A stretch of 64,000 nt of DNA. It comes from Lama glama. Its lineage: Eukaryota. Every line of letters starts with the position of its first letter. The stretch's first letter is position 1. The DNA is taken from NCBI GenBank assembly GCA_028534125.1, contig CM052816.1, forward strand, positions 100,998,001 through 101,062,000, in the 5' to 3' direction. The position numbers and the translations under genes are program-made. Below are positions 36,512 to 50,700 of this stretch, in pieces. The notes under the pieces are model-generated. The model did no database searches, was not told the origin of the DNA, and saw only the letters and a list, made by a program, of their open reading frames with translations.

Positions 36512-36873
36512 TGTGCTGAGCGAGTAGCGTCCCACGAAGTCACGCGCTCCTGGAGCCTGGGGCTGTGACCTTATCTGGAAATAGGATCTTTGCAGACATA
36601 GTCAAGAGGAGCCCCAAAGCCAAGGACTCTTTATAAGGAGAGGGAGTTTGAGACACAGGGAGGGAGACACGTGTGAAGACGGAGGCAGAGATCAGGGTGA
36701 TGTGTCCATAAATCAAGGGACACCACGGATTCCCAGGAACCACCAGCGGGAAGCTGGAGACAGGCCCGGAACAGATTCTCCCTCTGAGCCTCCGACTGAG
36801 AGAGAATAAATTTCTGAAGTTTTAAGCTGTCCAGTCTGTGGGATGTGTCGTAGAAATCACGGGAAACTGACGT
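36512..36873 (+). mobile_element. MLT1B/C-like MaLR solo LTR
   Basis: TGTGACCTTATCTGGAAATAGGATCTTTGCAGA...GTGAAGACGGAGGCAGAGAT...AACAGATTCTCCCTCTGAGCCTCC...GAGAATAAATTTCTG. Confidence 0.85.
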
Positions 36874-38819
36874 AACATCTCAGTATTATGAAGATGTTCT
36901 GAGCGCGTGGACCTCTGAATACGTCTCTGGGACACCCAAGGCTCTGCGGACCCCACCCGGGGCAGCACCGCTCTAAGACGGTGCTCCCACCCTCCCCTGC
37001 CCACCAGGCTGCTGCCCTCCGCGAAGACTCGCTCGCCTTCTGTTATCCACGGGGTGGTTTCTCTAGAGGATGAGGTCTGGCCTGGGCCAGCTCTAAGTCC
37101 TTGTCACCTCACACGACGGGGCGGGGGGTTAACCTGGAGTCTGATGTGTTTCCGTCACGTTAATGACACACTGGGTGGCTTCAGGGAGAGTCTGGAGAAA
37201 GAGCCACACCGGCCGGCCCGTCTCAGATGAGGCACGGCGCGTGGTCACCTGGCGGCAGGTGCGGGGAGGGGCACTCAAGGGGCTGCACACACAGTCACAC
37301 CACAGGGGCCAGGTCTGCCCTCTGGCGCCGTCAGGGGGCTGATTTTGGTGAAGGGGTCTGGGAAGCAATTCCTCATTATTTTCTTGTATCACAAAATTAC
37401 AAGTAAAATTTGCAAAATGCAAGTATGTGTGAAGTGAAATGAGCCAGTTCCCTTTCCCCTCCAAGCCCAGCTGCCCCGAAGGATCCGTATCAGCATCCTT
37501 GCCCCCTTCCCCAAGCTCCTGTGAACCTGAGACCGGGTCTCACACACCCACCGCGGCGGCCAGGGTGCTGAGCGGCGGCCCCCAGCCCCGCGAGGAAGCG
37601 GGGGAGAAAATCCTCCTCAGGACGAGGAGGACGGACCTCCCTGGGACCCAGCGCCAGTCTCCGCAGGCGACCGAGTCCACAGCCCACTTCCTGGAACTCA
37701 CCCACCGTCCAGGGCTTTAAAACGCCGTCGCTTCCAGGGCACGGAGCAAACTCAGCCTCACGACAGGGGCACTTCGAAGTCTGCGTCGTTTAAATTGACG
37801 CCCTGGCCACGATCCCGCCCTGACTTCTGCGCAACAGCTCTCTCTCCCCCTCTGTCAACTACCAGTCTATCCACCTCCAAGGCGTTCGACCAGACCTGTC
37901 AGCTCCATCCTGTGACAAGGGCAGGGGACCCAGGCGGGCCGACCTCTCCGCTCCTTGCCGGGCCGGGCTGGGCGCGCAGACCCGCGCGTCTCTCAGTCTT
38001 CAAGGCCTTGGTTACAAAACAAACGTACCGCCCAGCTCGCCAGCAAGCATCCCCACGCGGAGCCCACCGGGGCCCTGGCCGGGGAACCCTGGCTCCGTTT
38101 TCTTGGTTTTCCGTCCCCAGTGGCTGATTTCCGCAGGACGCCCAGACTGGGATTCAGACCCGCCGGGAGGGCGGGAGACGGCTCTGCAGGCCCGTCCCTG
38201 GTCCCCTCGCAGCGCATGTTCTGAGACGACGCCCCGTTCCCTCTGCAGAGCTTCCGCTGCTCGCGTCTAGGTCTGGGGTTCGGGTGAGACTTCTGAGTTC
38301 TGGCCAGGGCAGGGGTCGTAGCCCCAGCAAGCCGTGTTCTTCTTTTCAGGAGGAGTTGGGTTTGGTCTGTGTTCTGACCGAGGCCTCTCAGCTCCCCCGA
38401 AGTCGGCGCTCCTCCTGGGCCCCCCCACACTCTCCGCAGGAGGGAAGACGTCACGCTGTGTCCCCATCACCCCGAGTGACGAGTGGAAGCTCCAGGCGAC
38501 CAGAGGAAGGGCCGCCTCCCCTCAGAACGCGTGGAATCAAAGGAGAAACCCCGCGTTTGCTGAACAGCGCTCAGCTTCATCTTCAGTTGTCCTCTCACGA
38601 GTGAAGAGGCGTCAGAGGCGGGTTCCATCCTCCCCGCGAGGACTTCCGGGAGCAAAGCTGTTTTCTCAGCTGTTTTCTGGCAGCATTTGAAAATGAAGCC
38701 TCAGGACAGGATGCGGGCAGGCGGCGCCCACGGCGACGTAGCTCAAAGTTGGGCCTGGTTGGAACCGTCATTTTCACTGCTGTGAATCCTCCTGCCCCTT
38801 GGAGCACTTCCCGCGGTGC

Positions 38820-38895
38820 GGGCACCGTGGTGCGCAGGGCGCCGTGGAGGGAAGGACGTCATGGTGCTTAGGGCGCCGTGGTGCGTAGGACACCG
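38820..38895. repeat. Degenerate 17-bp minisatellite, ~4.5 copies
   Basis: GGGCACCGTGGTGCGCA / GGGCGCCGTGGAGGGAA / GGACGTCATGGTGCTTA / GGGCGCCGTGGTGCGTA / GGACACCG. Confidence 0.8.
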
Positions 38896-39209
38896 CCAGC
38901 CTCTGGGAGCCCCTGGGCTGGTGCAAGGGGCCTGGGACCCAGCGAGGAGTGACATCCATGCTGCCTGGGCCCCAGGGAGGCACGTTTCTCCCCACTTGAC
39001 ACCGGCCCCCAGGCTCCTCCTGGGCCCTTTGAAGCTGCAGAGGAGCCCCTTCTCCCAGTCTCATAGAGGAAGCTCTGGGGGCCACAGATCCTCAGCCCGG
39101 CCAAGCCACTCCTGGCCACGTTTCCCGAAAGAACATCTCCAACCCCGGGGGCGCTCCCCCCACCGTTCACCCCCCACACCGGGCACCGTCCTGAGCGCTG
39201 CAGGCCCCG

Positions 39210-39470
39210 CCACGTGGGGCTTTGTCCTCGGGGAAGGAGCTGAAGATAAAACAGCTCTGGAAATCGTGCTGATGGTCGCCCAACCACCGTTGTGGACGTG
39301 CTTAATGCCACAAGTTTACACTTAAAAATGGGTAAGATGGTAAATTTTGTGTTAATATTATACCATAATTTAACAAATAATGTAATATACCAAAGACCAT
39401 TGAATTGTACATCTTAAGTGGATGGATTGTAATGTTTTGTGAATTTTCTCTCAGTGAAGCTGTTAAAACA
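39210..39470 (+). mobile_element. L1MB-like LINE-1 3' end
   Basis: CTTAATGCCAC...TACACTTAAAAATGGGTAAGATGGTAAATTTT...CCATTGAATTGTACA. Confidence 0.8.
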
Positions 39471-39523
39471 CGCAGTGCACACACATGTGCACACACAGGC
39501 ACACATGCGTGCGCACACACACA
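39470..39523. repeat. Degenerate (CA)n tract
   Basis: GCACACACATGTGCACACACAGGCACACATGCGTGCGCACACACAC. Confidence 0.8.
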
Positions 39524-40505
39524 GTCCGGAGGGCGGCCTGGAAGAAAGGAGGAAGCCTCGTTCCTGCTTCTGGACAAGGGGCCACGTCCTCACTGGCACA
39601 CGTTCTGCAGCCGGAGGCTGGGCTTCCCGGCCCCGAGCCTCCTCCCTGAGCTCTGCGCAGGGCGGAGGCTCACACCCGCAGCCCCCAGACGTGGCTCTGG
39701 GGCCGCCCTCCCTGCTCCCCGCCCACACGGGGTCCCAGCAACCCTGGCCCCCAGCCTGGCCATCGGCGACCCTGGCCCAGGGGGTCAAAGGAGGAACAGC
39801 CGCGCAGGTGGAGGCGCTGGGAGGTGGGAGGACAGACGGGCGCAGACAGGTGGGGAGCAAAGGGCTTTAGAGCCAGGGGCGAGTTCTGCTTGTTCGGCCC
39901 ATTTCAGGTTCCAACGGCGTCGCAAGCGGATGTGACGTCGTCTGTCAAAGGCGTTTTTCTTCTGATCTTGAGTGGCTTATTTCGTTCTCTCCTGGTCTTA
40001 ATGCCACACCACATGGAATTCCAAGAGTGCACATCACCCGCTGAGCCACCTGGGGAAACGCTGGCTCTCACCGCAGAGACTTGGCGCCTGGGTGTGGGGC
40101 AGGAGGGAGTCTGGGGTCTGTGCGAGGTGAGATCCCGCTGGTGTGATGAACAAACGTCCCTCGAGCTCACGTCTTTGGAGAGACCTGGAGCCAGAACCAG
40201 AGGAAACCACCCACACGACCGCAGACGCCCAGGCGCCGCTGGGGCCTGCGAGTCTTCCCGTGTCCTCCGTGCTGCCTCCCTGAGTTCTGCTAACCGCTCG
40301 GGGCAGCCCCCCAGGCTCCAGCGCCCTCTGTCGGGGCTGCCCTTCAGCCCCTGGCCAGCAGCCAGCAAGGCCAGCCAGGGGGAGAAATTCCCAGAGAACC
40401 TTCTGGAAGATTTCGGGGGCGGGGGGCTGGGTGCAAAGACATTTATGGTGTTGGCCAAGGAAGGTGATGCCAAGCACAAAACCGCGGCTCGGGGACTGCC
40501 GAGGA

Positions 40506-40586
40506 GTGTGTGCGCGCAAATGCGTGTGTGCACGTGACTGCGTGTGACTGCATGTGTGCGTGTGTGCATGTGGCTCTGTGTGTGCG
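40506..40586. repeat. Degenerate (TG)n tract
   Basis: GTGTGTGCGCGCAAATGCGTGTGTGCACGTGACTGCGTGTG... Confidence 0.8.
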
Positions 40587-43500
40587 ACAGAATGACAGAG
40601 AGAAAAACTGGAAATGAGCCTGTCAAGCTGGTGAGGACTGTTCTAAATAAAATATTTACCACATTTACACTCTGGCCGCTCACGCGTGAGCGCCACACAC
40701 TCGGGCAAACGAGGCCGCCCGGGACTCAGTGGGCTGCGCGGTGCGGGGCTCGCCGGCGGAAAGGGTGTCGCTGAGACTGGTGGCCGGGACACCTGCGCCC
40801 AGCGCGGCCGGGAAGAGCCCGGGTGGGGCCCCGCCAGCGGGGCGTCGGACACCTCGCTCTGCAGCCCCGGGCACAGCAGTGATTCTTTCCGAGCTGCACT
40901 TCCCTCCCGTGTAAAATTTAGAGACTTAGCTGAGTGCTGTGCATGGTCAGGCAAGATCGTTAGAAAAGTCACACTTGCATGGGGACCTGAGAAACAGACA
41001 GATAATGAAAATGAGAAGGGACACATTGTTTCTTTTAAAGTCGGTGGCTGTGATGGGCAGTGTTTGCTGCTTTTGTTTCTCGTGAAACTCAGTAAAAAAA
41101 GAAGTTGCAAGTCAGCGGCCGCCCAGATTGTCTGCTGAACCCCAGGGCTAAGATGTGTGTTTTGTGTAAGCGGAATTCGCATTCGAGGTCACAGAACAAC
41201 ACGTGTCTGCCGGAGCCTGAGGCAGAGCACCCCCCATAAAGGCCTCCCGTGAACCCCAGGAAGCTCAGTCTCTTGGAGAAGGGGGTGGAGACACAGGCTC
41301 GGGCCAGGTGCTCCAGGGGCAGGCAGGTCGGGGGGCCTCCTGAGGCCGGGCCGCAGCGGGTCAGGATGGAGAGGGAGTGGGAATCCGGCAGATGGACAGC
41401 GGTGCGTGTTTGCCGCTGGGGAACCTGCGAGGACACACCAGCACCCTCGGGATCAGTGCCCACACCAGGGCAAAATAACACAGATACACGTAGGTCACTC
41501 CTGTAAAGGTTTCGGTACCAGGTAAACAGCAAGGCTGTCATGACAGGGCTCACTGAACAAGGGGCACAGGAGGGTCAGTGCGACCAGGACGCTGGGCTGA
41601 AAGAGCCCATTTAAATCAAACGCATCACCCCAAGCCGAGGGCTGCACCTGCCTGGGACACCTCCCAGAAGGGCTCCAGCGTTACTCAGTCCAGCGAGTGA
41701 GATGCACGGGCTTCCGGGACGCTTGGCTTGCTTCCACCTCCTGGCCTTCGGAAATGGCTCTCAGAACTGGCAGCTTAAACTCTCACCCCTCTTCAGGTGG
41801 ACCCCAAGACAGGCGGACAGCAGAAAGGCACAAATCCTGCAGGAAGGCGCTCCACATTCCGGAGGGAAAGCTTCGTCCCACCTCCCTGTCGCCCACACCA
41901 GGCATCCTCCTCTGTGTGTCTCCAGGACCGTGCGCGATACCCGGGGTGGGTCTGGGTGATGCTGGGGAGGGCTCTGGAGGTCACGGGGGGGAGCCTGAGC
42001 CCGAGCCCCTCGGGGAGGGTGGGACACGCAGGTGAGCCCACTTCCCGCAGACCTCCACCCCGGCCTCAGCCGGCAGGAAGCACTCAGACCAGGGCGGACA
42101 CCCCCACCCCGAGGGCAGCTCGGTCTCAGCAAGAAGCGGTGCGTGGATACAGGATCAGATTGACTGGTGGTGGGAAAATGAAAAAATCCTCTGATCCAGA
42201 GAAAGAAGATCTTGCTTTTTGCCAATCAGCTTGGAAAAGATTGAAATGTGTCGACCAGGCGGAGGCAAAAGCTGAATCTCGCGCACCGAGAGGCCTGTCA
42301 GTTTCCAGAACAGCCCTGGGGACCCTGGCGACGCCCGCGACGTCCTCACAGCACATGCGCCTCCGTCAGCACCATGACCCCCTTCTGTTCTAAAGGAGAG
42401 ATTAGACCTACGGGTCCAGCAGGACGAGCGGGTACCAGGTTTGTCCCGATGCTGCGAGCCACCGCGAAGGCGCACAACCCGCAGGAGCAGGCACCTGCGG
42501 GGAGGAGGCAGCCCCCACAGGGCCACACGCTCCCGGAGGAGGAGGGACGACACCCGAAGGGGTGGGGCCAGCAGACGCCAGAGCGGCTCCTTTAAAGCAC
42601 CAAGGAGCAGGCCTGCTGCCCAGACTTCGGCACCAGTGGGGGCATCTCATAGAAATCGGGGCAGATAAAACCTGGGACACTCACCACCCTGAGAAACACT
42701 ACAGGACACTCTTTACGATGAAGGGAGACGGCCCCTGGCGGAAGCGCAGACGTTCCGGAAGAAGGGACCCGCTCTGAAAGGGGGAGCCAAGGCCTGACCA
42801 CAGAGACGATGAACACAGTGGCCTGTGCGTTTGCAACAAGTGGAAGAGACGTGTGGGCAGCAAGGAGGCGGGAGTGGCCAGACTCAGTCAGCTGCGGTCT
42901 GTCCTCGCAGCCTTCGAGGGCTGGCGAAGGACTAATCTAATGCTGTAAAAATTAGGGGAGCCTCGTGGAACTCCCAGGGGAGCCGTTAAAAAGACCCCCC
43001 AATATAGAGCCAAACGGTTGACAGAGGAGAAGGGGGGATTTTTCAAACCCTTGCTTATACCAAACAGGCAGCAAGACTGCGCGGCAATCAGACCAGCCGG
43101 CAGACAGGCCACGACAGCCAGGCCCAGGCCGGCAGAAAGCGCCGCGTCTGCCTGGGACCCCAGATGGGACGGGCCGTGTGGGTGACGGACTCCAAGCAGT
43201 CCCGCGGGGCTCAGGACAGGGCAGCGGGCCCCAGGCAGAGAGCGGGCGGTGCTGTGGGTGAGGGTGGGGTGCGGGGGGAGCCCCAGGCACCGTGCAGCCG
43301 GGAGGGCTTGCCCAGGTCCACACACAGGACCCTTTACAAACCCGCAGGGGCTGGTCTGGCAGCCCCACCGGCTCATGACCTGAATGGTTAGAGTCGGGGC
43401 TGGACGCCAGGGCCAGCCCCCGCCCCTCCCTCGGCAGGTCCTCGCACGATCTCCCCCAAACAGCCCAGGCCCCAGTCACCCCAGGCTCCAGAGCCGGTTC

Positions 43501-46500
43501 TCAGCCCCTCGAGTCCGGCATCGGTGGGCGGGTGAGCAAGCCGGCCAGGAGACAGTACAGCCAGAAAACGAAGAAAAGTGACCGCCGCCTGTATGACAAG
43601 AGATGCGGGGGAAGTGAACCGGCCACTTCTGAGGTGGGGAGCATGCAAGACTTTAAGGTGGCTTTGGGGGGACAGGTAGCCCTGAGGCCCCCCTGTGGAC
43701 AGTCCTGGGGCCTGAAGGACAGACGGGCTCCCCGGCCCACGAGAGCCCGAGTCCCCAGTGGGGGCTAGCTGTCTCCCATCCCTCCAGGCTTCAAAGACCA
43801 ACGCAGACAATTGGAGGCTACGAGATACTTCACTCGTCTGGGACCCAAGCTGCGTCCCTCAATCCAGGCTGGGCTGACCTACCCTCAGGGCTGACCCCTG
43901 TCGCCACAGGGTGTCCAAGCAGTCAGGGAGTCAGGGAGGTGAGGAGGGGCCCCAGGTTGAGGTGGGGGGGCGCTAAGTTCAGGTGGGGGAGCCGAGAGCA
44001 ACGAGCAAGCAGGCCACCAGGTGGGTGGCCCCCCGTCGGGTTAGAGACGGAGAGGAGCCTGTCCGTCCTGGGCTGGGGGCTGGGAGGAGGGCACACGGGC
44101 TCACCAGAGCAGGCGTGGCACACCCACATCTGCCAGGCTCTGCCTGAAGTCGCGGGTGCAGCTGAGGCGCCGAGATGCTCTCGAGGAGCTGACAAACCAG
44201 GGGCTGTTCTGGGCATCGGGCTCCCCTGCCCCGGCCCCCCACCACCGTGTCCGTGTCTGAAAGTCCAGGGCTCATCGGGTCTCAGCTCCACGCACTCAGG
44301 GTGGCCCCTCAGGACCCAGTCTCCCTCTGACCACCTCGCTGGCCGCAGGCTCCACCGCACGGCAGGGGCCCCCCACGCCTGCAGGCCCTGACGGCACGGC
44401 GGGTCCAGGCCTCTGCCGACTTAGTTCTATGTGACCAGTTGCTCAGGCCACACCGTGTCCACAGAGACCCGCCTGAGACCCAGTCCGTCCGTTTTCCTCG
44501 CACGGCCGTTTCCTTGGTCAGCTGAGTGCTGGGCTCCCGACCTGTGCTGGTCCTCACTTGTCGCAACGATTTCTCTCTGTTTGTATAAACAGTAAAAGCA
44601 AATGAAATGTGAGACGCAGCTTTCCAGCTTCCCCTCAGCAGAGGGGCTGTTTCCTCGAGCTGGCTCTCACCCCAGGATCTGGTCTCCACAGGAGCCAAAC
44701 GAAGGGGCTCCAGCCCAAGCTGGGTGACACGCCCAGACCCCCGCTTTTGTGCCCCCTGGGGCAGCTGCCAAGGGGGGTGGCCACAGGGCGCCAGGGCTCC
44801 AGCGCAGAGACAGGCACGTCCAGGGCCGCTGCGTGCTGCTGGTCCCAGAGCCACACCCTGGGACCCAGGTGCCCACCTGGAGGGGACACTGGCCTGGCAG
44901 GGAGCCGTGTCCGAGAGCATGGCCGCTCCAGTGAGCTCCCAGCACCCAGCCAGCCTGCACTGGGCCTCGGAGCTCCAGCCCAACCCCACCACGCACCACC
45001 AACATACCTACCAAGTCAGGGGACACGGAGCATCACAGCGAAGTTAAACGGCAGTCATGTGTCGCCTCGACTGCTCCTCGGTTCTCCAGACAAACGCCAC
45101 GGAGCTGGGCGGGGCAGCTGCTGGCCGGGTGGGGCCCCCGTGGCCTCGCCTGCAGTGGGGACATCCCGAGCACAGCTGACTCCCAGGCCTTTTGTTGGCT
45201 GCAAGGTTCCTCTGTGTTTGAATCGGATCATCACCTGGAGAGGGTGGCCAGACTCCCGGCTCTGCCATGTCAACTTTCTAGGTGAGGTGACCCCCCCTGT
45301 TCCACTTGGCAGTCTGACCTCCCTGGCTCCCCACACCTGGGCCCAGCCTGGTCCCTGCCACCTGTGGGTGAGTGAGCGAGCGAGCGAGCGAGCGAAGGCT
45401 CTGGAGCCCGGGTCCCCTGTCCACACCCGCTGGGGGCGCTGGCTCCGAGCTTCCAGACAACTTACTGCCACGGCCACTCTACGGGGAGGGCCTCCCATAA
45501 TCTCGCATTGCAGGCGAGGGGGCGGGTGCCCACGAGAGGCTCCTGCCCCAACTGGTCCCTAGCAAGCCTGGATTTGAGTTCCGCTTGGACCGACCCCAGG
45601 AGCCAGGCTCTGCCCGGCATCTCATCGAGGGTCCAGCGGGGTCCTGCCGACTTCCCTGCCTGGTGGGACCCGGTGGATTTCCAGGCCCTCGGGCAGGGCC
45701 ACCCGTGCTGGGTGTTCCTGGAAAGGGAAGTCCACTGTCAGAGGCTGGCAGGCTGGGTCTAAACACGCAAACCAGATGGGAGGCAGGGCTGCGGGATGAC
45801 AGGGTGGGGCCGCGCCCCCCGGTCGCCCTGCTGACGCTGCGCGAGGCTGAAAGCAGGCTGTCTCCACTGGAGCCTCGAAATTATGAAAATGCCAGAAACC
45901 CCCGAAGAGAAAGGCCAAATAAAAAAGCATAATCATTACAAAACAGGAGAAGAAACTGTCTGTGCGTGAAATGGTCATGGAACTTTGAGTCTGGCGGGGG
46001 AGAATCCTTGGAGTTGGACCGGCCTGGTTCTGCCCCTCTCTGTTTCCTGAGGTCCGCACTGTGGCAGGAGGGCCCCAGAGCAGATCGCCGACGTGGAGAT
46101 TAAGTTGTTATCAGAGTTCTTAAGACTCCTGATTCATATTTTATAAGACTGTGCATTTGGAGAGTGATCAGCTGAAATTTAATTGGGTTAGACGTTATCA
46201 TTTTAAATTTTAAATAACTGCACAAGAATGAAATTTAAAATCTCCCCACATCTGATAAATTAGTACTGTAATACTGATCCCAGCCTCCAAGGAAGCCAGC
46301 GCGGTTTGGCACGAGGAAAGAGCATCTCCCAGACGGGAGGGTCCGGCCGCTAGTCACGCAGGGACGCAGGGACCCGGACCCCCGCCCACAGCCCCCCTCC
46401 AAGCAAGACGCCCCGATGGTTGGGAGCCTCGGCGGCTCCGTTTTACAAGAAGCGCGCAGAGAACACGCTGAGCAGCCAGCGAGGCAGGAGCCCAGCCAGC

Positions 46501-49500
46501 GGGAGGTCCGGCCCGTCACGGGGGTCCCGGCTGGCAAGGTTGTCTCTAGGCCCAGCCAATCACCCCCCCGGGAAGAAGGTGCCTCCTGGCTGAGACACCA
46601 GGCAGGAGGCGGTGTCCACCTGGAAGCCCAGCCCTGCTACGGCCGCAGAGCCCGTGGGCCTCATGACAGGAGCTGCAGCCCAGCAGCCCTCCCTCCGCAG
46701 TCACCTCCCCGTGCCCACCCGTGGGACTGGACGTGCCACTGGGCCGACCAGAGGAAGCCTCCCGGGGTCAGCACATCCTGCCAGACGGCTCCGGCAGGTC
46801 GCTGGAGCTGAAGGACACACTGGGGAGGGGACCAGGGGACCCAGCACCGGCCCTAGGGTCGAGGCCAGGACCAGCCTCCTGCGGGGCCTCCGCAGCTCTG
46901 TCTGCAGAGTGGAGCTGAGACTCCTCAGGATGTGGCCCCGTGCATCCGTGCCTCTTCCCCGCAGGTCTGAGAGGCCGCATCGTTCCCGAAAGGTCTCTGC
47001 CTTTCTGCCGTGGACCTGCCGGGTGTCAGCAGCTTAAAGGGCTGCTGGGCTCTGTGGTCACAGCCCAGGGGCCGACCCTCCGGGACTGGCGGCCACGATT
47101 ATGCACCACTGCCCCCTGGTGGACAGGCCGGGGCTGGCAGGGCCCACACCCAGACCCCGTCCAGCGGCCTGTCCTCAGGCTGGGCCGATGGTGTCCATAC
47201 CCAGTGGGTCTAGAGCAGGCAAGGTCCCCCAGGTGAGCAGGTGGGTCCCCGAGCGTCTCACTTTACGTGAAGTGTTTCCCCAGATCAGGTCGCAGCAGCA
47301 AGTCGGCCGCTGTGGCCAGAGGCCGCCCGGTTCCGAGCTGTCTGGTCTGGCCGGGGCGGCTACAGAGCAAGTAACCGACTGTGACCACCGCGCGCCCTCC
47401 GCCCGGGAGAGACGGACTTGGCCGTGGCTTTGGGGACTTTCTTCATCGCCTCTAGAAACCGCTAACCCGCGGACGGTTTGCCTTTCTTTTAAGTTTATTA
47501 CGGGGAATTAATATTCGTTCCAGATGAAACCTCAGGGATTTCAGGATAAAGCAGAGGTTCAAGGCCACAGACTTTCAGGGACTGAAGGGTAAGCGCGGAT
47601 CCAGGTGAAAACCTGAAATCCAGCAGTCCCCCACGTACCCAGCCCAGAGTCTGAGGAAGTGGTGTTCATTTCCGTCTTCCTCACTCCTGAGCCGCAGAGC
47701 CAGCAGACACGGAGGGGGGTGCTTTGTCGGGGGGATGGTGAGGCGGCGGCCCAGGGGGCAGCTCTGGGGCAGGTGCTCTGGGGCAGGTGCACCCCCGCCC
47801 TGCCCCTCCAGGTCTGCCTGGGAGGGGAGCCCCCAGTGCAGTGACCAGCCCCCTCGGCCACCCTGGCCCCTCCAGCACCGCCCACCTCCTGACATGGAGA
47901 TGTCTCCTTGGAGGGGACAGGCCTTCCGTCCCGGTCACTCCAACAGCTCTCCTCACGAGGCGCCCTTCCTCTCTCTCCTGCCCCCGTCTCTGTGTCTGTC
48001 CCGGAAACATGTTTGGTGGCCTTTGTCCATCTCTCCTGGACTCGAGGGTGCCCCTGGCACCCCCACGGTGGGGCCGGTCCTGCAGCTCCACACAGGTGAG
48101 CAGGTGGTGGATCCCCCGGGGACGGATCTGACCTCAAAGCCTGCGCCCTCCATCCCCTAAGGAGAAATGAGAGGCAGTGTGGCCCCCAAGAAGTCGGGGT
48201 GCACTGTCCCCCAAGGACAGGTTCCCGGCCAAGGCTGGCAGTCCCTGTCTTCACGTCCCGTGGGCACGGGGACCCAGCTCCCTCAGAGCCCCGGGCAGAC
48301 ACAGCCGCCCCGGGGTGCTGACCTTTGCCCCCAAGTCTGCCCTGCTCCCCGCATGCTGCTGTGTCCACCCTGAAGACAACATCTGCCCTGAAACAACGTG
48401 TCTGGGGGCTGGAGTCCAGTGAGCCTGTTTCACCTACGTCGCGGCCCGTCCACGAGGCTCCAGGTCTCAGCAGGGGGGCAGCCACGCACGCTCCACCCTC
48501 CATTCACGGGGCCTCAAAGTCCTCACATCTGAAAGCCTCTCACGCCCACGTCTGGACACGAGTGGACAAGGAGGAGTGTAGTTCTGGCAGGTAATTCTCT
48601 CTGCAGTGACAGCGCCTACCTCTGCGCCTCTGCCCAGCACACGGCACTGACACGTCAGAGAAAATTTAAAGTAGGTGGGTAGAGAGTCACTTTGCTAAAA
48701 GAACTCGGCCTAAAAAATGACACTTGGACACGATCGATCAGGCCATCACGTTCCATACTCTGTGTGGGTTTAAGTGGCAGTGGCTACCTCGTCCGAGGGC
48801 CGCCATTTGTACAGAGACGGCCCCGCGTTTCCTGGCTGCTCCCTGCAGAGCAGGATCCCGTGAGCTCCTCACCCTAAAGTGCCATCTCACCTGGCGTCCG
48901 GCTCGGTGTCTCCCTTCCATCAGGTTGGATGTTGGGGCGAGAGCCTGGTGAGACGTGGTCCTGGGGTCACATGCAGCCCAGCGGGGCAGACACCGGTTCA
49001 CAGGCGAGACTCCTTTAGGGACTGGGAGGGAGTGCCGCTCCCAGCAGGAAGGAATTCCCGCTCCAGAGTGGAGGGGGCCTGATGGAACCGGCTCACCGAG
49101 GCCCTGGCTGGCCCGTGAGGGAAGGTGGCACAGCCAGCGCCCAGCGTTGGTCTCTGAGCTGGGGAGACAAGCCCCTGCCAGGCCTGGTGGGAGGGAGGGG
49201 CCCCCGAGAGGCCCTCGCACAGCTTGGTCCCTCCCCCACGGCAGGTTCCAGGTATATACACACGTATATGCACGCGGTGTTGAGACCCCCACACAGCCGA
49301 CAGCCACCCGCCCGAGGCCATGCTGGTGCCGATCCCCCCGGCCTATCCTTTAGCCGATGCTTTCTCCCGGGTCATCCAGTTCCGCCTCTTCCAGGCCTGA
49401 CCCACAGCCAGGTCAATGTCTTTTCCAAAGGTCCAGGTGTGGCTAGTCCTAACTCCGCGTGCCTCTCCTTTCCAGGTGAACTGCGTGGCCTGCTGCTCCC

Positions 49501-50700
49501 GGGAAGGCGGGGTGGGCGTCCGTTCCCGGTCCTTCTGCTTGGTGCTGTTGTCCTGGGTGTCCCCTCAGACCCGCCTTCCACAGTCCAGGAAAAGCCGTCT
49601 CCTCCCCAGCTCCCAGTTGCTCCGCAGACGGGCCGCCGTGTCCTTGGGAAGGACCATGTATTGATCACAACACACAGGTGGGGGTCCCTCCACACCCAGC
49701 CTCGCCCCCTGTCCAGGCTCCGTAGACCTGGAGATGGAGACAGGGTCAGTTTTGGTTTTGTTTTTGCCGTGCAGGTCAGGCAATTTCTGAGCTTCTGTCC
49801 ATCTTTCTCGTCCTCGTGTGAAGAATTGCCCCACAGCTCTGACCACAGCCCCGGAGAGCAGTGGGTGGATACTGGTCCCTCGGAACCGCACCCTGGGTCC
49901 CTGAGGGTCTCCGCTATCCTGGAGTCCTGTCACCTGCTGGCACGGGGCCCGGTGGCAGGACAGCACCTCCCGATGTCAGTCCTGGTGCACGGAGGGCAGT
50001 TCTCAGCGAGGGGTGCTGTGGCCCCTCAAGTGGTGGACGGAGTCCCGCAGGACCCCTTCCTCGGCATCCCCGCCTCATTCCGGTGGACACCGTCACGTCC
50101 ACCCGTCTGCACGGCTGCCGTCCCTCCCTCGGCTGGAGTCAGACCCTGGGTGCCCGCTGCGGCCTCCCACCTGCCCTCGGAGCCACCCCGCCTGTGCAGC
50201 AGGGGTCAGGAGGGCCCTGACACCTAGAGGAGGAGGGTGTGTCTAAGGGGTTCCCAGGGGCAGGTGGTGTATTTTTCCTCTGGTCTGTGCTGAGAATTGA
50301 CCGTGGTTTCAGCCTGGAGGCCACGGGGCTGGGGGCCTGTTTCCAGGAAGCCAAGGGCACTTACAAGACCAGACCTCAGTGAGGGCCCTGAACCTGCTGA
50401 CAAAACGCTGCTTCCACAGCAGGCGAGCGCCGTGGGGTCCGCGTGGGGTCCCGTCTCCATGGACTCTCTGCATCAAACCTCACCTTCCATCCAGGTGACA
50501 CGGTTCCTCTCGGCAAAAGTCAAGCGGTTGCATTTTGACTTTTGCTTTCAGTGACCCCGGGAGTCAACCCGGTCCGGTGCAGGTCCAGCCCCACGGACGA
50601 GAACCAGCCCCTCTGCGGTCCTGGGGGTGCTGGACGGTCTGGGCCGTTCACAGACGTTCCGGAGCTGCACCCTCTGCTGGCTTACTTTCCTCACCTGCAC

